NCBI GenBank assembly: GCA_038326775.1
Contig: JBBQKJ010000007.1
Span: 16,826-80,825 of the forward strand
Direction of reading: 5' to 3'
DNA from: Candidatus Geothermincolia bacterium
Lineage (GTDB): Bacteria; Actinomycetota; Geothermincolia; Fen-727; Anoxymicrobiaceae
Length of the DNA stretch: 64,000 nucleotides
Part shown: piece by piece, positions 10,978-18,790 of the stretch
How the letters are laid out: the number at the start of each line of letters is the position of its first letter
Position numbering within the stretch: the stretch's first letter is position 1
Program-made: the position numbers and the translations under genes
Notes under the pieces: model-generated
What the model saw: only the letters and a program-made list of their open reading frames with translations
What the model was told of the DNA's origin: nothing
Database searches by the model: none

Positions 10978-12300
10978 TTGAAGTTGAGGGAGTGTCCCAG
11001 ATGTTCGTTTCTTAACCCGGACAGGGTGGAGAACTGCATCAAGTGCCGGTTCCTGATGAGCCGCGTCTATGGCGAGCAGCCTGTATCGGACCTTCGCGGT
11101 GAATCGCATGCCGGGAGCGCGCCGCCGGCCAGTCAGGGACCGACGCCCGATACCGTGCACGATGAGCGCGAAGAGTACCTCGACACGCCGCCCAGTTGGG
11201 CCAGTGGGAAGGTCGAGGAACCTGTACTGCGGGACATCAACGAGGAGTTCGAGAGCAGGTCTTACTATGAGGTTGGCGGTTACCGCATCGGAGGAGATCC
11301 CGGGAGCAATGTGTTCTCGGGGCCTCCAGCATCTGATGCCCATGCTGCAATGGACGGCGCCGATATCCACAGGCCGGGCAGTAAGGGTGCCGGGGCCAGG
11401 AAGAAAAAGAAGGAGAAGCAGGCCAGGGGGCTTTCCGGGCCGGCGAAGGAACGATCGGGCAAGGTCAGGCAAGCTCCTCCCGTCAAGGTGAAACCTGTGA
11501 AGGTGAAGCCCGTGAACGCGGGGAAGGCGCCCGACGCCGGGACCGTTCCGGGTGGAGTTCCTCGGGACCCCGCGCCGGCGGCAGTGCCGGTTACGCGGAC
11601 GACTGAGGCTCCCTCCGCGCCGTTTGCACCCCCCGCCACACACAGAACCGCACAGCCGGCAGCACAGGTTACCGATTCGTCAGCGGCGCCGATCGAGCGC
11701 GCCGGGCCCGCGGTCGCCCCATCGAAAGATGCCGAGCACGCACCTCCGCCTCAAGAGACACCGCCGCAGCCTGTCCAGCCGAAGCCTGTCACCGGGGCGC
11801 AGGTCGTAAAGGCACCGCAGGCGCCGTTCTCCATACCCGCCCGGCCCAGGACTCAGGGACGAAAGGTGGAGCAGTTCTCCCAGAGGCTTCCAGAGGCGGT
11901 ACAGCCAACCGCGCCCGCACCTGTTGAGAATCAAACACCGGTGCCTCCGCCGGTGTTAAAGACGACGCAGGAGGCAGTGCCCGTGCCCCCGGCCACTGCG
12001 GAGCAGGCGCCTTTGATAGAAGCGCGACCAGTCGTTGAACCGGCACCGGCACCCGTGCCCGCGCCAGCGCCCGCGCCGGTACCACCGCCGGTGACACCGC
12101 CGACCATTGAGCCGGAGGCTCCGAGGGCGCCGGCCGTCGAGACGGTATCCTTCGAGGGACCAGACCCAAAGAAGAAGAGTCGGCAGCGGGGTTCGCGCAG
12201 AGGGGCGGCGCACCCGCGCCCGGAGGATTTTCCACAGGTCGTCCCGGGAACCGGGACGCAGCGGAACACACCGCCCGGCGAGCAGCGTCAGCCGAAGTAG
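10978..12300 (+). CDS. Hypothetical protein: N-terminal zinc ribbon (CPRC...CIKC) followed by a long Pro/Ala-rich low-complexity region with internal repeats
   Basis: Double CxxC in the first 25 residues. The ORF fills a gap between convergent or divergent neighbours. The antisense ORF (10888-11643) is Arg-rich nonsense. Repeats VKVKPVKVKPV and PAPVPAPAPAPVPPPV. The exact start is uncertain (TTG at 10978 or 10984). Confidence 0.45.
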   Translation: MKLRECPRCSFLNPDRVENCIKCRFLMSRVYGEQPVSDLRGESHAGSAPPASQGPTPDTVHDEREEYLDTPPSWASGKVEEPVLRDINEEFESRSYYEVGGYRIGGDPGSNVFSGPPASDAHAAMDGADIHRPGSKGAGARKKKKEKQARGLSGPAKERSGKVRQAPPVKVKPVKVKPVNAGKAPDAGTVPGGVPRDPAPAAVPVTRTTEAPSAPFAPPATHRTAQPAAQVTDSSAAPIERAGPAVAPSKDAEHAPPPQETPPQPVQPKPVTGAQVVKAPQAPFSIPARPRTQGRKVEQFSQRLPEAVQPTAPAPVENQTPVPPPVLKTTQEAVPVPPATAEQAPLIEARPVVEPAPAPVPAPAPAPVPPPVTPPTIEPEAPRAPAVETVSFEGPDPKKKSRQRGSRRGAAHPRPEDFPQVVPGTGTQRNTPPGEQRQPK

Positions 12301-13388
12301 GCCGCCTCCAGGCGCTCGACCAGCCGCTCCCAGGAAAACTCTTTCACGCGTTCCAGCCCCGATGAGGCCAGCACGCTCCTCTTCGCATTGTCGCCAAGCA
12401 GGGCGACCAGCGACACCGCCAGGTTTTCCGCGTCACCGTTCTTGAAGAGGACGCCTCCTCCTGTCTGCTCGATAACCGCGCTGTAGCCGGGTATGTCCGA
12501 TGCTACCACCGCCGTTCCGCAGGCGTTCGCTTCGATGAGCACGACCCCGAAGCTCTCGCCCCCAAGAGCGGGCGCGCAGAAAACGTCGGCCGCCGAATAG
12601 TAGGCTGGCAACTCCTCGTTGCCGACAAACCCCACTACCACGACGCGATCGCGAAGGCCGCCGGGGACCAGGCGTTTGACCTTCGCCTCCTCGAAGCCGG
12701 CGCCCACCACCACCAGCCTGCAGTCCGGGACCGCGCGCGCTACAGCGACGAACGCGTCCAGCAGGACACCGATGCCCTTCCTCGGCTCGTTCCTGCCCAC
12801 GAAAAGCACCACCGGGCCTTCCCCGCCGGGAAAGCAGCGGGGACGCCGGCCACCCGGGGCGAAGCGGGCCAGATCCACGCCGTTGGGGATCACCCGGTAG
12901 TCACCAGGGAAGTAGCGCGAGGCGAGCAAGCGCGCCGGTTCGGATACGGCGATGAGGCAGTCGAGGCGGGCGTGGACCTTTCTGAAGAACGCCCTGGCCA
13001 GGCCGTAGGGGAGCGAGCGCCCCTCCTCCGCCGCGTGGAAAGTGCCGACAACCCGCTTGGGTGCGCCCACAACCGCTGAAGTAGAGACAAACGGGACCAT
13101 CGGCTCGTGCACGTGTACGACGTCGAACGCCCCCTCCCGAAGCGCCTTTTTAAGCCTGGAGCCAGCGCCCGGGAGAAGAGCGAGGTGGGCGATGGAGCCG
13201 TTGGCCGGCACCGGTATGGAGTGGCCCGCGGAAACGAAGCTCGTTCCGCCTTCACTCGCGCCCGCGTCGGGGGCCATGACGGTGACGTCGTGCCCGCGGC
13301 GGGCCAGCTCGCGCGAAAGCCCCTCGACGTGGTTGTTCACGCCGCCTGGATGTGCCCAGGAGTAAGGAGAGACTATGGCTATCTTCAC
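12288..13388 (-). CDS. GT4 family glycosyltransferase (PimA-like mannosyltransferase)
   Basis: MKIAIVSPYSWAHPGGVNNHV... is the GT-B/GT4 N-terminus. The EX7E-like motif is at the C-terminal end. Sits in the same minus-strand region as the acyltransferase and CDP-alcohol phosphatidyltransferase genes. Confidence 0.85.
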   Translation of the reverse strand: MKIAIVSPYSWAHPGGVNNHVEGLSRELARRGHDVTVMAPDAGASEGGTSFVSAGHSIPVPANGSIAHLALLPGAGSRLKKALREGAFDVVHVHEPMVPFVSTSAVVGAPKRVVGTFHAAEEGRSLPYGLARAFFRKVHARLDCLIAVSEPARLLASRYFPGDYRVIPNGVDLARFAPGGRRPRCFPGGEGPVVLFVGRNEPRKGIGVLLDAFVAVARAVPDCRLVVVGAGFEEAKVKRLVPGGLRDRVVVVGFVGNEELPAYYSAADVFCAPALGGESFGVVLIEANACGTAVVASDIPGYSAVIEQTGGGVLFKNGDAENLAVSLVALLGDNAKRSVLASSGLERVKEFSWERLVERLEAAYFG

Positions 13389-13446
13389 AGCGCCACCGCC
13401 ATGCGCGAACCGCGTAAATCGTTTATCATTTCAACCATAAATGCAA

Positions 13447-13469
13447 GAAAGTAACCTGACCCCGATGTT
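13447..13469. repeat. Solo copy of the 15-mer TGACCCCGATGTTGC (arm-like fragment of the palindromic element family)
   Basis: Exact 15-mer shared with 63134-63148 and, as an inverted copy, with 63057-63071. It shares the core CTGACCCCGAT with the 94-bp elements. Confidence 0.45.
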
Positions 13470-13492
13470 GCACGGACGGAGGCGGCAAGCGC

Positions 13493-14140
13493 GTGAGGTC
13501 CCTCGTTCAGTTCCTTATGAGCCTCGACCGGTCGGTGTTCCAAGGCATCAACTCGCTTGCCGGTAAGTTCTTCCTTATTGACTGGCTCGCCCGCGTCGGC
13601 GCCGACGACCATATCGTACCAATCGTTCTGGCCCTGCTGGTGCTGTTCCTCGTTCTCCTGGCGAGGAACCGCCGCCAGAGGGAATCCGCCTACACCTGCG
13701 TGATATGCGCGGTGCTCGCCGTGACCCTGTCGATGGTCATACTCTTCACGTTGAACGCCGCCTTCTTCAGGCCGAGGCCGTTCACCACGCAGCCGGTCAG
13801 GCTGCTCCTCTACCATAACACCGACTCGGCCTTCCCTTCCAACGCTGCGACGCTGGCGTTCGTGCTGGCGTTCGCGGTGTTGCTCTACAACCGCGCGGTC
13901 GGCGCGGTGATGCTGGGGCTGGCGGCCTTCCTGGGGCTTTCGCGAATCATTGTGGGGGTACACTATCCCCTGGACATCATCGGCGGGGCCCTGTTGGGTC
14001 TGGCGTGCGCCCTTCTCGCGGGAGCGGCCGAGCCTCTGTACCGCCCGCTCGCCCGCGGCCTCAACTCGGCCACCGACCGGCTGTTGGCCTCGTGGAGGCG
14101 CCCCGGCGCCTTCGAGGCGCGAGGGGGCGGGGGCGGATGA
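13493..14140 (+). CDS. PAP2 superfamily phosphatase (phosphatidic acid phosphatase type 2 / undecaprenyl-diphosphatase-like)
   Basis: Six TM segments. PAP2 motifs: FPSNAAT corresponds to the PSGH region and SRIIVGVHYPLDIIGG to the SRxxxxxHxxxD motif. Confidence 0.72.
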   Translation: MRSLVQFLMSLDRSVFQGINSLAGKFFLIDWLARVGADDHIVPIVLALLVLFLVLLARNRRQRESAYTCVICAVLAVTLSMVILFTLNAAFFRPRPFTTQPVRLLLYHNTDSAFPSNAATLAFVLAFAVLLYNRAVGAVMLGLAAFLGLSRIIVGVHYPLDIIGGALLGLACALLAGAAEPLYRPLARGLNSATDRLLASWRRPGAFEARGGGGG

Positions 14141-15213
14141 GCAAAGTGATCCACATGCGCGGTGATATAGCGGACATGTTCGTGCTGTTCCTGTTCGTTT
14201 TCCTAGGTGCCTGGCAGGTGCTCGTAGCCTGGTACCGCCTGAGCGGCTTCTCGCTCACCGGGTACCCGGACCGCCGGTGCTGGAGCATGGTAACAGGGGC
14301 CGTACTCGTCGCCGGCTCTTGTTCCTGGTACTTCTCCACACCGGGGCATTTCGCCTCGCCTGACGTGGAGGGCGTCGAGACTATGCTACTCCTGGTGGCG
14401 GGGCTGGTTGCCGCTACCGCAACGCACGTCGCCCTCGTATTGCTGGTGCAGTTGGCGCGCCGTCCGCGAGGCAAGGCCGTGCCCTTCAGGACGCCGGTCG
14501 AGGAGCTCTCGATCGCCGTCGGCGGGGCGTCGGTGCCGTCATGGTTCGAGCCGGCCCGGGGTGCGGGCGCGAAGGCCACGCCCGCGCTGCTTCTGCACGA
14601 CTACGGTGGCGGCCGGAACGACCTTTGCGCGCTCGCCTCGGCCCTGGCTGAGAGCGGGCATTCCGCCCTCGCGGTCGAGCTGGACGGTCACGGTGACAAC
14701 CCGCGCGAGATCGATTCGCCCGTGATGAGCGACCTCCTCGAGGCGGCCGCGCATGCGCTCATGCGAAGGGCTGGCAGCGAAGCGTTCGTCGCTGTCGGGG
14801 TCGGTCTCGGTGGAACGCTTGCGATAGAGCTGTTCAGGAAGGGGCTGGCCGACAGGGCGGTGGCCTTAGACCCACCCGCGAGGGACGGTGACGGCTTCCC
14901 GGCGGTGAACGCGCTCGGCGAGTTGGGGCCGCTCGCGGTCGCGAGAGCGTTTGCCAGGCCACCAGCGCGTGGCGCCGGAGGAACCCGGCTCAGCCTGGCG
15001 AGGCTTCTGGCGGGGCTGCCCGCGGCCGGGGCGCTCGAGCCGGGCCGTGTTATCGTCGTAGGCACGCAAGAGAAGTGGTTCAACGCGCCGGACACTCTCG
15101 AGGATTTCGTTCGCGCGAGCGGCCTGCCGGGGACTCTGCCGGTCCCGTCGAGACACGGCACAATCGCCCGGGACGCGGGGGCTATGGAAGCGGTGGTACG
15201 GGCGCTTGACTGA
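14137..15213 (+). CDS. Membrane-anchored alpha/beta-hydrolase-fold protein (function unknown)
   Basis: Start placed at the internal ATG (MSKVIHMRG), which overlaps the PAP2 stop as ATGA. Two or three N-terminal TM helices, then LLLHDYGGG...HSALAVELDGHGDN (HG-type oxyanion region). The nucleophile elbow reads GVGLGG; it has no Ser, so catalytic competence is uncertain. Confidence 0.5.
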   Translation: MSKVIHMRGDIADMFVLFLFVFLGAWQVLVAWYRLSGFSLTGYPDRRCWSMVTGAVLVAGSCSWYFSTPGHFASPDVEGVETMLLLVAGLVAATATHVALVLLVQLARRPRGKAVPFRTPVEELSIAVGGASVPSWFEPARGAGAKATPALLLHDYGGGRNDLCALASALAESGHSALAVELDGHGDNPREIDSPVMSDLLEAAAHALMRRAGSEAFVAVGVGLGGTLAIELFRKGLADRAVALDPPARDGDGFPAVNALGELGPLAVARAFARPPARGAGGTRLSLARLLAGLPAAGALEPGRVIVVGTQEKWFNAPDTLEDFVRASGLPGTLPVPSRHGTIARDAGAMEAVVRALD

Positions 15214-15215
15214 TG

Positions 15216-16091
15216 CTACTGCCGATCGGACGGCCAGGCCGGCATGAACATATGCCACTGGGCAGGGTCTTCTCGGATAAGCTCTTCGAGGTTTCTTGCA
15301 ACCTGCCGCATCGTCTCCCTGATGGCCTCTTCTCTGTCGCCCGACCCGTCGAGCCATATCGGCTCGGTCAAATGGCCTATCCAGCCGTCGCCTACGTTCC
15401 GTACGGTTACGCAGACTATGGGGGCCCCACTGCGCATGGCAAGTGTGGCCGGCCCAGGCGGCAGCGTGGTGCGCTCCCCGAAAAACTCCACCTCGACGCC
15501 TTTTCCCTTGAGGTCGCGATCGCAGAGGAGCGCGAGCATGGTGCCGTTCTGAAGTGACTCCACCATGGCGTCCCGGGTCTCAGGCAGGTGGTCGTAGGGG
15601 AAGATATCGATGCCGACCCCTTTGCGAAGCCTGCAGAAAAGCTCGAAGAGCTCAGGCGGCTTGAGCACCTCGGCCACGGCGGCGAACGGGCACAGGCTCG
15701 AAAGGAAGACCGCGCCCGCTTCCCACGAACCGAAGTGGGGCAGGACCACCAGCACCCCCTTGCCGGCGTCTATCGCCCTGGTGAGCGCCGGCAGGTTCAC
15801 CTTGCCGAAGCGCTCGAGCACGTACTCCCTCGACTTCGTCGGTAGCCAGAAGATATCGACCCAGTAGTCTGCGTAATACCGGCAGGCGCGGCGGGCGGTT
15901 CGCTTGACCTCCCTGTTGCTTGCCGTGGGGCCAAGGGCCCGCCGCATGTTGCGCTCAACGAGATGGCGCTTGCGGGGAAAGGCGTAATAGTAGAAAAGCG
16001 CGCCGGCGCGCGCGATCGCGCGGGTGATCCGCACCGGCACCCATCCGATGATTTTGTCGGCCAGCAGGAAGAGGTGGTAGACGGGGTTCAT
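15216..16091 (-). CDS. Lysophospholipid/lipid A-type acyltransferase (HtrB/LpxL-PatA family)
   Basis: Similar to LPLAT/PatA acyltransferases (HFGSWE region). Its start ATG overlaps the stop of the upstream CDP-alcohol phosphatidyltransferase by 4 nt, which supports an operon. Confidence 0.72.
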   Translation of the reverse strand: MNPVYHLFLLADKIIGWVPVRITRAIARAGALFYYYAFPRKRHLVERNMRRALGPTASNREVKRTARRACRYYADYWVDIFWLPTKSREYVLERFGKVNLPALTRAIDAGKGVLVVLPHFGSWEAGAVFLSSLCPFAAVAEVLKPPELFELFCRLRKGVGIDIFPYDHLPETRDAMVESLQNGTMLALLCDRDLKGKGVEVEFFGERTTLPPGPATLAMRSGAPIVCVTVRNVGDGWIGHLTEPIWLDGSGDREEAIRETMRQVARNLEELIREDPAQWHMFMPAWPSDRQ

Positions 16092-16756
16092 CTTTCCAGT
16101 GCCCTCCAGACCTCGATCAGCCTCTCGACCAGGGTCTCGACCAGTAGAACGGCAAGCACCCACAGCACCACCCTGAGCACCCAGGGCGAGAGCCCGTTGA
16201 AGAAAAGCCCCACCATGAGCAGGATGATGCGCGGCGCCCTGGCCATCAAGCCGGCCTTGCAGTGCACGTCGAGGGACTCCGCCCTGGCCCTGACATAGCT
16301 GATGAGGAACGAGACCACCAGCACCACTAGCGCCAGTCCGACGTAAATGCCCTCGGTACGCTTCATGTAGTAGACGACCAGGCCAAGGTAGATGGCCGCG
16401 TCGCTCAGGCGATCGGAAAACGAATCGAGGAACGAGCCGAAGACGGTTATCCGGTCAAGTTTCTTCGCGACGTATCCGTCGACGATGTCGAGTATTCCCG
16501 AGAGGGTGAATAGGACCGCGGCGAGGGGAACGCTCCCCACGCTCAAGAAATAGCCGCTGGCGATGGCGAGCGCCAGCCCGAACATGGTGATGATGTTGGG
16601 CGATACGCCCAGTTTCCCGAAGAACCACGTAAACGGGCGGAACACGAAGTCTGAAAACCATCGCAGGCCCTCGTCCATCTTCTGCCCGCGCGTCGGAGCG
16701 GCATGCGCGGTCTCCATCGCCTCTCCTGCTTGATCGACCTTCGCGTCGCCTTCCAT
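16088..16756 (-). CDS. CDP-alcohol phosphatidyltransferase (PgsA/PIP-synthase-like)
   Basis: Motif DIVDGYVAKKLDRITVFGSFLDSFSDRLSD fits D-G-x2-A-R-x8-G-x3-D-x3-D. Six TM segments. ATG at 16754-16756 is preceded by AGGAGGGG. Confidence 0.8.
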   Translation of the reverse strand: MEGDAKVDQAGEAMETAHAAPTRGQKMDEGLRWFSDFVFRPFTWFFGKLGVSPNIITMFGLALAIASGYFLSVGSVPLAAVLFTLSGILDIVDGYVAKKLDRITVFGSFLDSFSDRLSDAAIYLGLVVYYMKRTEGIYVGLALVVLVVSFLISYVRARAESLDVHCKAGLMARAPRIILLMVGLFFNGLSPWVLRVVLWVLAVLLVETLVERLIEVWRALER

Positions 16757-16767
16757 TTACCCCTCCT

Positions 16768-16860
16768 GATAATTGGGGTCAGATCTGATTTCATCAGTCA
16801 AGCTCAGGGTGGATCAGGCGAGATCGACACTGATGAAATCAGATCTGACCCCAATTATTA
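16768..16860. repeat. 93-bp palindromic intergenic element (perfect 28 to 31-bp inverted arms, 30-bp unique core)
   Basis: The left arm gataattggggtcagatctgatttcatcagt and right arm actgatgaaatcagatctgaccccaattatta are exact reverse complements. The terminal TTA (16858-16860) is the stop codon of the upstream minus-strand DUF2007 gene. The SD and ATG of the CDP-alcohol transferase follow 5 nt beyond the left arm. Confidence 0.8.
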
Positions 16861-17073
16861 GTCTATGTCCCAGATCTCGTTCAGTATTGCTCGAGCCTCC
16901 TCCGCGCGCTCCTCGGGCACCAGCACTCCGTGCTGGCCTCCGATGCCGGTGTAAGCGGAAGCTCCGGGCCGCCTTAGCATGACCGGGATGCCCTCCGCCC
17001 TGACGGCGGACTCGAGCATGCCCGCGGCTATCTGGTCCGGCGCCGTGGCGACCTCGGCCCACTCCCGGGGCAC
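16858..17073 (-). CDS. Small DUF2007-like protein (putative signal-transducing PII-like fold)
   Basis: ...LESAVRAEGIPVMLRR...HGVLVPEERAEEARAILNEI fits the DUF2007 pattern. Start chosen at the GTG at 17071-17073, 10 nt past the proS stop. The maximal ORF overlaps proS. Confidence 0.45.
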   Translation of the reverse strand: MPREWAEVATAPDQIAAGMLESAVRAEGIPVMLRRPGASAYTGIGGQHGVLVPEERAEEARAILNEIWDID

Positions 17074-17083
17074 GCCCGTCAAC

Positions 17084-18790
17084 CTACGGCGCTTCGGCGA
17101 GGGCCCTTTCGATCTCTCCGGCGGCGGACTCAAGAGGCGCCTCCCTCCTCTCACCGGTGCAGCGAAGCTTCAGGTCCACCGTGCCATCCGCAAGCTTCTT
17201 GCCCACCACCACCTGGAGGGGCAGGCCCACAAGGTCGGCGTCGTTGAACTTGACCCCCGGGCTCGCCTCGCGGTCGTCGAGCAACGCCTCGAGCCCGCGC
17301 CCGGCGAGCTCGCTCTCGAGCCGCCGTGCCGCCTCAGCCTGCTCGGTCCTCGACGGGGCGACAACAATTATCTCCACCGGCAGCGGGGCGACGGCCCTGG
17401 GCCACCTGATGCCCGCCTCGTCGTGGTGCTGCTCGACAACCGTCTGGAGCATGCGCGAGGTCCCGATGCCGTAGGTGCCCATGATGATAGGGCGGAGCGC
17501 GCCGTCCCTGTCGGTGAACTCGACCTTGAGTGCCTTGGTGTACCTGGTGCCCAGCTTGAATATATGACCGATCTCGATTCCCCGGGCGATGTCGAGCCTG
17601 CCCTCACACCTGGTGCAGAGGTCGCCTTCGACGGCGCCCGCAACATCGGCGGTCGGTTCCGCGGAGAAGTCACGGCCTTCCTCGACCCCCCTCAAGTGAT
17701 AGTCCGGCTTGTTCGCGCCGCAGGCCAGCCCGCGCGCTCCCATGATCTCGCGGTCGAACATCACTCGCGCGCCCGCAAGCCCCACCGGGCCGGTATAGCC
17801 GGGCGTGACCGCGGGATGGGACTCGCGCTCGTCGTCCCGCATCACGTGAAACTCGTCAGTGCCGAGCGCCCGCGCCAGTTTCGCCTCGGAAACCTCCCGG
17901 TATCCGGGAACGAACACGGCCAGCGGCTCTCCCTCGACCACGTACAGGACGCACTTGAGGACGTCGTCTGACGTGGTGCCCAGGAACCCGGCAACCTCGG
18001 CAACCGTCACAAGACCTGGGGTATGGACCTCCTCCAGCGGCGGGGACTCCCCGCCCCCGAACCGGCGGCCGGGACGGTGCGCCTCGAGTTCTGCGTTCGC
18101 ACCGTAATCGCACTCCTCGCAGTAGACCAGCACGTCCTCCCCGACCTCGGAGACTACCATGAACTCATGGGAGACGTCACCACCGATCAGCCCGGTCGAA
18201 GCCTCGACTACCTTTGCCTGGAGGGAACACCTGAGCGCCACCGTGGAGTACGCCTCGCGCATGCGCTCGTAAGTGAGCTGGAGGTCCTCCTCGTCAGCGT
18301 GGAAGCTGTACGCGTCCTTCATCCTGAACTCGCGGCCGCGCAGCAGCCCGAACCGGGGCCTTATCTCGTCGCGGAACTTTGTCTGGATCTGGTAGAGGTT
18401 CACCGGCAGGTCACGGTAGGACGGCGCCGTCCTGCCGACCATCGACGTGATGAGCTCCTCGGCGGTGGGTCCGAGGCAGAAGTCGCGGCCGGCGCGGTCC
18501 TTTATCCTCATCATCTCGGGGCCGTAAGCGTACCAGCGGCCGCTGGTCATCCAGGGGTCAGCGGGATGGAGGGAAGGCAGAACGACCTCGAGAGCCCCGG
18601 CGGCGTTCATCTCGTCGCGGACTATTCCCTCGATCCTGGCAAGCGCCAGGCTGCCGAGCGGCAGCAGCGTATATATGCCGGCGGCCACGGACCTCAGCAT
18701 GCCGGCCCGCAGCAGCAGCTCGTGGCTGATTATCTCGGCCTCGGCCGGCTTCTCCTTCAGCGTCGGCACTATGACCCGCGAGAACTTCAA
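17084..18790 (-). CDS. proS: Proline--tRNA ligase ProS (bacterial type with editing domain)
   Basis: 568 aa. MKFSRVIVPTLKEKPAEAEIISHELLLRAGMLR N-terminus, class II motifs and a C-terminal anticodon-binding domain. Confidence 0.95.
   Translation of the reverse strand: MKFSRVIVPTLKEKPAEAEIISHELLLRAGMLRSVAAGIYTLLPLGSLALARIEGIVRDEMNAAGALEVVLPSLHPADPWMTSGRWYAYGPEMMRIKDRAGRDFCLGPTAEELITSMVGRTAPSYRDLPVNLYQIQTKFRDEIRPRFGLLRGREFRMKDAYSFHADEEDLQLTYERMREAYSTVALRCSLQAKVVEASTGLIGGDVSHEFMVVSEVGEDVLVYCEECDYGANAELEAHRPGRRFGGGESPPLEEVHTPGLVTVAEVAGFLGTTSDDVLKCVLYVVEGEPLAVFVPGYREVSEAKLARALGTDEFHVMRDDERESHPAVTPGYTGPVGLAGARVMFDREIMGARGLACGANKPDYHLRGVEEGRDFSAEPTADVAGAVEGDLCTRCEGRLDIARGIEIGHIFKLGTRYTKALKVEFTDRDGALRPIIMGTYGIGTSRMLQTVVEQHHDEAGIRWPRAVAPLPVEIIVVAPSRTEQAEAARRLESELAGRGLEALLDDREASPGVKFNDADLVGLPLQVVVGKKLADGTVDLKLRCTGERREAPLESAAGEIERALAEAP

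Noticed and set aside
12288-12300. 13-bp overlap of the convergent 3' ends of the zinc-ribbon protein gene and the GT4 gene
   Set aside because: Short convergent 3' overlaps are common and unremarkable. If the plus-strand ORF is spurious the overlap disappears.
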